A stretch of 64,000 nucleotides of DNA from the human T2T-CHM13v2.0 reference genome, Homo sapiens: assembly GCF_009914755.1 (NCBI RefSeq), contig NC_060948.1; one strand, 5' to 3'. Below are positions 55,001 to 64,000 of this stretch, in pieces. The notes beneath the pieces were generated by a model, which did not search any database, was not told where the DNA came from, and saw only the letters and a list, made by a program, of their open reading frames with translations. A program made the translations under genes and the position numbers. Position 1 is the first letter of the stretch. Each line of letters begins with the position of its first letter.

Positions 55001-57850
55001 GTCTGTGGTTTGAATGCACACATCACAAAGAATTTTCTCAGAATGCTTCTGTGTAGTTTTCATATGAAGATATTTCCTTTTCCACCATAGGCCTCAAAGC
55101 ACTCCAAATATCCACTTGCAGATTCTACAAAAAGAGATTTTCAAAACTAGTCAATCAAAAGAAAGGTTCAACTCTGTCAGTTGAATGCACATATCACAAA
55201 CAAGTTTCTCGGAATGCGTCTGTGTAGTTTTTATGTGAAGATATTTCCTTCTCCACAACAGGCCTCAAAGTGCTCCGAATATCCACTTGCAGATTTTACT
55301 AAAGAGTGTTTCCAAACTGCTCAATCAAGAGGAAGTTTCAAGTCTGTGAGCTGAACGCACACATCACAAAGTAGTTTCTGAGAATGCTTCTGTGTAGTTT
55401 TTATGTGAAGATGTTTCCTTTTCCACCATAGGCTGCAAAGGGCTCCAAATATCCACTTGCAGATTCTACAAAAAGAGAGTTTCAAAAGTGCTCTATCAAA
55501 AGATAGGTTCAACTATGTGATATGAATGCACACATCACAAAGTAGTTTCTCAGAATGCTTCTGTGTAGTTTTTATGTAAAGATATTTCCTTTTCCACCAT
55601 AGGCCTCAAAGCACTCCAAATATCCACTTGCAGATTCTACAAAAAGAGATTTTCAAAACTATTTAATCAAAAGAAAGGTTCAAATCTGTCAGTTGAAGGT
55701 ACATATCACAAACAAGTTTATTGGAATGCTTCTGTGTAGTTTTTATGTGAAGATATTTCCTTTTCCACAACAGGCCTCAAGGTGCTCCAAATATCCACTT
55801 GCAGATTTCACTAAAAGTGTGTTTCCAAGCTGCTCAATCAAGAGGAAGTTTCAAGTCTGTGAGGTGAATGCACACATTACAAAGAAGTTACTGAGAATGC
55901 TTCTGTGTAGTTTTTATGTGAAGATATTTCCTTTTCCACCGCAGGCCTCAAAGCGCTGCAAATATCCACTTGCAGATTCTACAAAAAGAGAGTTTCAAAA
56001 CTGCTGTATCAAAAGATAGGGTCAACTCTGCGAGTTGAATAAACACATCACAAATAAGTTCCTGGGAACGCTTCTGTATAGTTTTATGTGAATATATTTC
56101 CTTTTCCACCATATGCCTCAAAGCACTCCAAATATCCACTTGCACATTATAGAAACATAGTCTTTCAAAACTTGTCAATCAAAGAAAGGTTCAACTCCGT
56201 GAGATGAGTGCACACATCACAGAGAAGTTTCTCGGAATGTTTCTGTGTAGTTTTTATGTGAAGATATTGCCTTTTCCACAATAGGCCTCAAAGCGTTCCA
56301 AATATCCAATTGCAGATTCCACAAAAAAAGTTTTTTAAAACTGCTCAATCAAATGATAGATTAAACTCTGTGAGATTAGTGCACACATGTCAAAAAAGTT
56401 TCTCAGAATGCTTCTGTGTACTTTTTACGGGAAGATATTTCCTTTTCCACCATCGGCCACAAAGGACTCCAAATAACCACATGCAGATTCTAGTAACACA
56501 GAGTTTCAAAACTGCTCTATCAAAAGATAAGTTCAACTCTGAGAGTTTAGTGCAACCATCGTGAAGAAGTTTCTCAGAATGCTTCTGAGTAGTGTTTATG
56601 TGAAGATATTTCCTTTTCCACCATAGGCCTGAAAGCCCTCCAAATATCCACTTGCAGATCCTACAAAAAGAAAGTTTCGAAATGCTCTCTCAAACGATAG
56701 TTTCGACTCTGTGGTATGAATACACACATCACAAAGAAGTTTCTCAGAATGCTTCTGTGTAGTTTTTAAATGAAGATATTTCTTTTTCCACCATAGGCCT
56801 CAAAGCACTCCAAATATGCACTTCCAGATTCTACAAAAAGAGTGTTTCAGAACTGCTCAATCAAAAGGAAGGTTCCAGTCTGAGACAAATACACACATCA
56901 AAAGGTAGTTTCTCAGAATGCTTCTGTGTAGTTTTTATGTGAAGATATTTTCCTTTCCACCATAGGCCACAAATGGCTCTAAATACCCACTTACATTTTC
57001 CACAAAAAGAGAGTTTCAAAACTGCTCTACCAAAGGTAAGTTTAACGCTGTGAGTTAAGAACATCACAAAGAAGTTTCTCAGAATGCTTCTGTGTAGTTC
57101 TTACGTAAAGATATTTCCTTTTACACAATAGGCAGAAAAGTGCTCCAAATATCCACTTGAAGATTCTACAAAAACCGTGTTTCAAAACTGCCGAATCAAA
57201 AGAAAGGTTCAACTCTGTGAGATGAATGCACACATAACAAAGGAGTTTCTCAGAATGCTTCTGTGTAGCTTTTATATGAAGACATTTAGTTTTCCACAAC
57301 AGGCCTCAAAGCTCTCTCCATATCCACTTGCAGATTCTACCGAAAGAGTGCTTCCAAACTGCTCAATCAAAAGAGACATTCAAATCTGTGAGGTGAATGC
57401 AGACATCGTAAAGAAGTTTCTCAGAATGCTTCTGTGTATTTTTTGTGTGAAGTTATTCGTTTTTGCACCATAGGCCTCCAAGCGTTCTAAATATCCACTT
57501 CTAGATTCTACAAAAAGAGAGTTTCAAAACTACTCAAACAAAAGGTTCAATTCTGTGAGTTGAAAGCAAACATCACAAAGAAGTTTCTCAGAATGCGTCT
57601 GTGTAGTTTTGATGTGAAGATATTTCCTTTTCACAGTAGAATGCAAAGGGCTCCAAATATCCACTTGGAGATTCTACAAAAAGAGTTTCAAAACCGCTCT
57701 GTCAAATGATAGGTTGAACTCCCGGAGGTGAATACACACATCACAAAGAGGTTTCTCAGCATGCTTCTGTGTAGTTTTTATGTAAACATATTTCCGTTTC
57801 TATCATAGGCCTCAAAGTGCTCCAAATATTCACTTGTACATTCTACCAAA
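52066..57850. repeat. HOR copy 10
   Basis: 5,785 bp. Variants: 54448 C>T, 56061 T>C, 56428 G>C. Confidence 0.95.
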
Positions 57851-60800
57851 CGAGTATTTCAAAACTGCTCAATCAAATGGAAGGTTCAAAACCGTGACAT
57901 GAATGCCCACATCACAAAGTAGTTTCTCAGAATGCTTCTGTGTAGTTTTTATGTGAAGATATTTCCTTTTCCACAACAGCGTGCAAAACGCTTCAAATAT
58001 GCCCTTAGAGATTCCACAAAAAGAGTGTTTCCAAACTACTCAAATCAAAAAATGATTTCAACTCTGTGAGATGAATGCACACATCACAAACTAGTTTCTC
58101 AGAATGTTTCTGCCTGGTTCTCATGCGAAGATAGTTCCTTTTTCACCATAGGCCGCAATGTACTCCAAATATCCACCTGCAGATTCTACAAAAGTGAGTT
58201 TCAAAACTGCTCTATCAAAAGATCAGTTCGTCTCTGTGAGTTGAATGCATACATCAAAAAGAAGCTTCTCAAAATGCTTCTGTGTGGTTTTTCGGTGAAG
58301 ATAGTTCTTTTTCTACCATAGGTCTCAAACCACTCCAAATATCCACTTGTAGATTCTATAAAAAGGAATGTTCAAAATTGCTCAATAAAAATAAAGTTTC
58401 AACACCGTGAGATGAGTGCACAAATCACAAAGGAGTTTCTCAAAATGCTTCTGGGTAGTTTTTCTGTGAAGATAGTTCCTTTTCTACCATGGGCCACAAA
58501 GGGCTCCAAATACCCACTTGCAGATTCTACAAAAAGAGAGTTTCACAACTGCTCTATCAAACAATATGTTCAACTTTGTGGGTTGAACACAAATATCACA
58601 AGAATTTTCTCCCAATGCTTCTGTGTAGTTTTTATGTGAAGACATTTCTTTTCCCTCCATAGTCCACAAAGTGCTCCAAATATCCACTTACATATTCTAG
58701 AAAAAGATTGCTTGGAAACTGCACAATGAAAAGAAAGGTTCAAATATATGAGATGAATGCACACATCACAAAGAAGTTTCTCAGAATCTCTCTGTGTAAT
58801 TTTTATGTGAAGATATTTCCTTTCCCACCTTAGGTCTTAAAACGCTCCAAATATCCACTTGCAGATACTACAAGAAGATTGTTTCAAAACTGCACAAAAA
58901 AAGAAATGTTCAATTCTGTTTGATGAATGCACACATCACAAAGAAGTTTCTCAGAATGCTTCTCTGTAGTTTTTATGTGAAGATATTTCCTTTTCCACAA
59001 TAGGCCTCAAAGGGCTCCAAATATCCACTTCCAGATTCTATGAAAAGAATATTTCCAAACTGCTCAATCATAGGAAATGTTCAACTCTGTGAGATGAATG
59101 CACACATCACAAGAAATTTCTCAGAATCCTTCAGTGTAGGTTTTATGAGAAGATAATTCCTTTTCCACAATAGTTCTCAAAGCACTCAAAATATCCACTT
59201 GCAGATTCTACAAAAGGAGTATTTCAAAACTGCTCAATCAAAAGAAAGGTTCAACTCTGTGAGATGAATGGACACATCACAAAGAAGTTTCTCAGAATGC
59301 TTCTGTGTAGTATTTTTGTGAAGATATTTCTTTTCCACCATAGACCGCCAGGGGACACAAATATCCACTTTCAGATTCTACAACAAGAGAGGTTCAAAAC
59401 TACTCGATCAAGAGATGGTTTCAACTATGTGAGTTGAATGCACACATCACAAAGAACTATGTCGGAATTCTTCTGTGTAGTTTTTATGTGAAGATATTTC
59501 CTTTTCCACAATAGACGTCAAAGTGATCCAGATATCCACTTGCAGATTCCACAAAAAGAGTGTTTCAAAAGTGCACAACCAAAAGAAAGGTTCAACTAGG
59601 TGAGATGAATGCACACATCAGAAGGAAGTTTCTCAGAATGCTTCTGCATAGCTTTTAAGGGAAGATACTTCCTTTTCCAACATAGGCCTCAAAGCACTCC
59701 AAATATCCTCCTGGAGATACCACAAAAAGAGTGTTTGCAAACTGCTCAATCAAAAGAAAGATTTAACTCTGTGAGATGAATCCACACATGACAAAGAAGT
59801 TTCTCAGAATGCTTCTGTGTAGTTTTTATGTGAAGATATTTCCTTTTCCACAATAAGACCCAAAAGGCTCCAAATATTCACTTGCAGATTCTAAAAAAAA
59901 CAGTGTTTCAAAACTGCTCAATCAAAAGATAGTTCAACTCTGTGAGAAGAATGCTCACATCACTGAGAAGTTTCTCAGAATGCTTCTGTGTAGTTTTTAT
60001 ATGAAGATATTTCCTTTCCCACCGTAGGCCACAAAAGGCTCCAAATATCCACTTGCAGATACTATGAAAAGAGAGTTTCAAAACTGCTCATTCAAAAGAT
60101 AGGTTCAACTCTGTGGTTTGAATGCACACAGCACAAAGAAGTTTCACAGAATGTGTCTGTGTAGTTTTTATGTGCGGATGTTTCCTTTTCCACCATATGC
60201 CTAAATATTTCCCAATTTCCACTTGCAGATTCCACAAGAAGAGTGTTTCAAAACTGCTGTATCAAATAAAGTTGAACTCTGTGAGGTGAATGCACACAGC
60301 ACAAAATGGTTTCTCAGAATGCTTCCTTGTTGTTTTTATATGAAGATGTTTCCTTTTCAACAATAGGCCTCAAAGTGCTTCAAATGTCCACTTGCAGATT
60401 CTACAAAAAGAGTGTTTCAAAACTGCTCAATCAAAAGAAAGGTTCGACTCTGGGAAATTAATGCACACATCACAAAGAAGTTTCTCAGCTTCTGTGTAGT
60501 TTTCATGTGAAGTTATTTCCTTTTCCACAATAGGCCGCAAAGGGCTCCAAATATCAACTTACAGATTCTAGGAAAAGAGAGTTTCAAAACTGCTCTACGA
60601 AAAGATAGGTTGAACTCTGTGAGATGAATGCACACATCACAAAGAAGTTTCTCAGAATGCATCTGTGTAGTTTTTACGGGAAGACATTTCCTTTTCCACC
60701 ATCTTCCACAAAGGTCTCCAAGTAACCACTTGCAGATTCTACAGAAAGACACTTTAAAAACTGCTCTATCAAAAGATCAGTTCAAGTCTGTGGTTTGAAT

Positions 60801-63635
60801 GCACACATCACAAAGAATTTTCTCAGAATGCTTCTGTGTAGTTTTCATATGAAGATATTTCCTTTTCCACCATAGGCCTCAAAGCACTCCAAATATCCAC
60901 TTGCAGATTCTACAAAAAGAGATTTTCAAAACTAGTCAATCAAAAGAAAGGTTCAACTCTGTCAGTTGAATGCACATATCACAAACAAGTTTCTCGGAAT
61001 GCGTCTGTGTAGTTTTTATGTGAAGATATTTCCTTCTCCACAACAGGCCTCAAAGTGCTCCGAATATCCACTTGCAGATTTTACTAAAGAGTGTTTCCAA
61101 ACTGCTCAATCAAGAGGAAGTTTCAAGTCTGTGAGCTGAACGCACACATCACAAAGTAGTTTCTGAGAATGCTTCTGTGTAGTTTTTATGTGAAGATGTT
61201 TCCTTTTCCACCATAGGCTGCAAAGGGCTCCAAATATCCACTTGCAGATTCTACAAAAAGAGAGTTTCAAAAGTGCTCTATCAAAAGATAGGTTCAACTA
61301 TGTGATATGAATGCACACATCACAAAGTAGTTTCTCAGAATGCTTCTGTGTAGTTTTTATGTAAAGATATTTCCTTTTCCACCATAGGCCTCAAAGCACT
61401 CCAAATATCCACTTGCAGATTCTACAAAAAGAGATTTTCAAAACTATTTAATCAAAAGAAAGGTTCAAATCTGTCAGTTGAAGGTACATATCACAAACAA
61501 GTTTATTGGAATGCTTCTGTGTAGTTTTTATGTGAAGATATTTCCTTTTCCACAACAGGCCTCCAGGTGCTCCAAATATCCACTTGCAGATTTCACTAAA
61601 AGTGTGTTTCCAAGCTGCTCAATCAAGAGGAAGTTTCAAGTCTGTGAGGTGAATGCACACATTACAAAGAAGTTACTGAGAATGCTTCTGTGTAGTTTTT
61701 ATGTGAAGATATTTCCTTTTCCACCGCAGGCCTCAAAGCGCTGCAAATATCCACTTGCAGATTCTACAAAAAGAGAGTTTCAAAACTGCTGTATCAAAAG
61801 ATAGGGTCAACTCTGCGAGTTGAATAAACACATCACAAATAAGTTTCTGGGAACGCTTCTGTATAGTTTTATGTGAATATATTTCCTTTTCCACCATATG
61901 CCTCAAAGCACTCCAAATATCCACTTGCACATTATAGAAACATAGTCTTTCAAAACTTGTCAATCAAAGAAAGGTTCAACTCCGTGAGATGAGTGCACAC
62001 ATCACAGAGAAGTTTCTCGGAATGTTTCTGTGTAGTTTTTATGTGAAGATATTGCCTTTTCCACAATAGGCCTCAAAGCGTTCCAAATATCCAATTGCAG
62101 ATTCCACAAAAAAAGTTTTTTAAAACTGCTCAATCAAATGATAGATTAAACTCTGTGAGATTAGTGCACACATGTCAAAAAAGTTTCTCAGAATGCTTCT
62201 GTGTACTTTTTAGGGGAAGATATTTCCTTTTCCACCATCGGCCACAAAGGACTCCAAATAACCACATGCAGATTCTAGTAACACAGAGTTTCAAAACTGC
62301 TCTATCAAAAGATAAGTTCAACTCTGAGAGTTTAGTGCAACCATCGTGAAGAAGTTTCTCAGAATGCTTCTGAGTAGTGTTTATGTGAAGATATTTCCTT
62401 TTCCACCATAGGCCTGAAAGCCCTCCAAATATCCACTTGCAGATCCTACAAAAAGAAAGTTTCGAAATGCTCTCTCAAACGATAGTTTCGACTCTGTGGT
62501 ACGAATACACACATCACAAAGAAGTTTCTCAGAATGCTTCTGTGTAGTTTTTAAATGAAGATATTTCTTTTTCCACCATAGGCCTCAAAGCACTCCAAAT
62601 ATGCACTTCCAGATTCTACAAAAAGAGTGTTTCAGAACTGCTCAATCAAAAGGAAGGTTCCAGTCTGAGACAAATACACACATCAAAAGGTAGTTTCTCA
62701 GAATGCTTCTGTGTAGTTTTTATGTGAAGATATTTTCCTTTCCACCATAGGCCACAAATGGCTCTAAATACCCACTTACATTTTCCACAAAAAGAGAGTT
62801 TCAAAACTGCTCTACCAAAGGTAAGTTTAACGCTGTGAGTTAAGAACATCACAAAGAAGTTTCTCAGAATGCTTCTGTGTAGTTCTTACGTAAAGATATT
62901 TCCTTTTACACAATAGGCAGAAAAGTGCTCCAAATATCCACTTGAAGATTCTACAAAAACCGTGTTTCAAAACTGCCGAATCAAAAGAAAGGTTCAACTC
63001 TGTGAGATGAATGCACACATAACAAAGGAGTTTCTCAGAATGCTTCTGTGTAGCTTTTATATGAAGACATTTAGTTTTCCACAACAGGCCTCAAAGCTCT
63101 CTCCATATCCACTTGCAGATTCTACCGAAAGAGTGCTTCGAAACTGCTCAATCAAAAGAGACATTCAAATCTGTGAGGTGAATGCAGACATCGTAAAGAA
63201 GTTTCTCAGAATGCTTCTGTGTATTTTTTGTGTGAAGTTATTCGTTTTTGCACCATAGGCCTCCAAGCGTTCTAAATATCCACTTCTAGATTCTACAAAA
63301 AGAGAGTTTCAAAACTACTCAAACAAAAGGTTCAATTCTGTGAGTTGAAAGCAAACATCACAAAGAAGTTTCTCAGAATGCGTCTGTGTAGTTTTTATGT
63401 GAAGATATTTCCTTTTCACAGTAGAATGCAAAGGGCTCCAAATATCCACTTGGAGATTCTACAAAAAGAGTTTCAAAACCGCTCTGTCAAATGATAGGTT
63501 GAACTCCCGGAGGTGAATACACACATCACAAAGAGGTTTCTCAGCATGCTTCTGTGTAGTTTTTATGTAAACATATTTCCGTTTCTATCATAGGCCTCAA
63601 AGTGCTCCAAATATTCACTTGTACATTCTACCAAA
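57851..63635. repeat. HOR copy 11
   Basis: 5,785 bp. Variants: 61564 A>C, 62502 T>C, 63140 C>G, 63396 G>T. Confidence 0.95.
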
Positions 63636-64000
63636 CGAGTATTTCAAAACTGCTCAATCAAACGGAAGGTTCAAAACCGTGACATGAATGCCCACATCAC
63701 AAAGTAGTTTCTCAGAATGCTTCTGTGTAGTTTTTATGTGAAGATATTTCCTTTTCCACAACAGCGTGCAAAACGCTTCAAATATGCCCTTAGAGATTCC
63801 ACAAAAAGAGTGTTTCCAAACTACTCAAATCAAAAAATGATTTCAACTCTGTGAGATGAATGCACACATCACAAACTAGTTTCTCAGAATGTTTCTGCCT
63901 GGTTCTCATGCGAAGATAGTTCCTTTTTCACCATAGGCCGCAATGTACTCCAAATATCCACCTGCAGATTCTACAAAAGTGAGTTTCAAAACTGCTCTAT
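63636..64000. repeat. HOR copy 12, partial (truncated by window end)
   Basis: Begins cgagtatttc at 63636 and carries 63663 T>C. Confidence 0.93.

Larger units (their letters stand above)
1..64000. repeat. DYZ3: Centromeric alpha-satellite HOR array, 34-mer / 5,785-bp unit; matches human chrY DYZ3
   Basis: Alphoid motifs (gtttctcagaatgcttctgtgtag, tccaaatatccacttgcagattctacaaaaaga, caactctgtgagatgaatgcacacatcac) recur every ~170 bp. The sequence at position 1 (cgagtatttcaaaactgctc) recurs at 5786, 11571, etc., and the ORF track repeats at +5785. I counted 34 'cagatt'-type anchors per unit. No CENP-B box was seen. A ~5.8-kb 34-mer lacking CENP-B boxes is the established signature of human DYZ3. 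The window reads as the reverse complement of the usual alphoid consensus orientation. Confidence 0.95.

Noticed and set aside
562-63258. Recurrent 63-108 aa ORFs on both strands, repeating every 5,785 bp
   Set aside because: They are translations of alphoid monomers (57-aa internal repeat = 171 bp), overlap on both strands and show no recognisable domain. Several begin at non-ATG codons. Their conservation simply reflects HOR identity.
1-64000. CRISPR-like pattern of conserved motifs separated by variable stretches
   Set aside because: The intervening sequence is homologous between monomers rather than unique spacers, the period is ~171 bp, and there are no cas genes.
1-64000. Inversion, transposon insertion or hidden non-satellite island
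   Set aside because: The constant 5,785-bp register from start to end and the uniform monomer orientation leave no room for an insertion or strand switch.

Overview
The whole 64 kb window is one uninterrupted, single-orientation primate alpha-satellite (alphoid) array. It consists of ~171-bp monomers grouped into a 34-monomer higher-order repeat (HOR) of exactly 5,785 bp: 11 complete copies in the window's phase (starts 1, 5786, 11571, 17356, 23141, 28926, 34711, 40496, 46281, 52066, 57851) plus 365 bp of a twelfth. The 34-mer/5.8-kb period, A-box-only monomers with no CENP-B box, and one EcoRI and one HindIII site per unit match the human Y-chromosome centromeric array DYZ3. There are no genes, RNA genes, transposon insertions or CRISPR arrays; all listed ORFs are satellite artefacts. 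I found no previously undescribed biological system. The points of interest are fine-scale. I saw 16 variable sites by eye and no indels. These define a local HOR haplotype (copies 6, 7, 8, 10), recombinant copies, an excess of CpG-forming minor alleles, and variants matching other monomers. There is also a fossil 3-monomer (~512 bp) periodicity inside the 34-mer and a dyad-rich monomer. The variant list was read by eye and may be incomplete.
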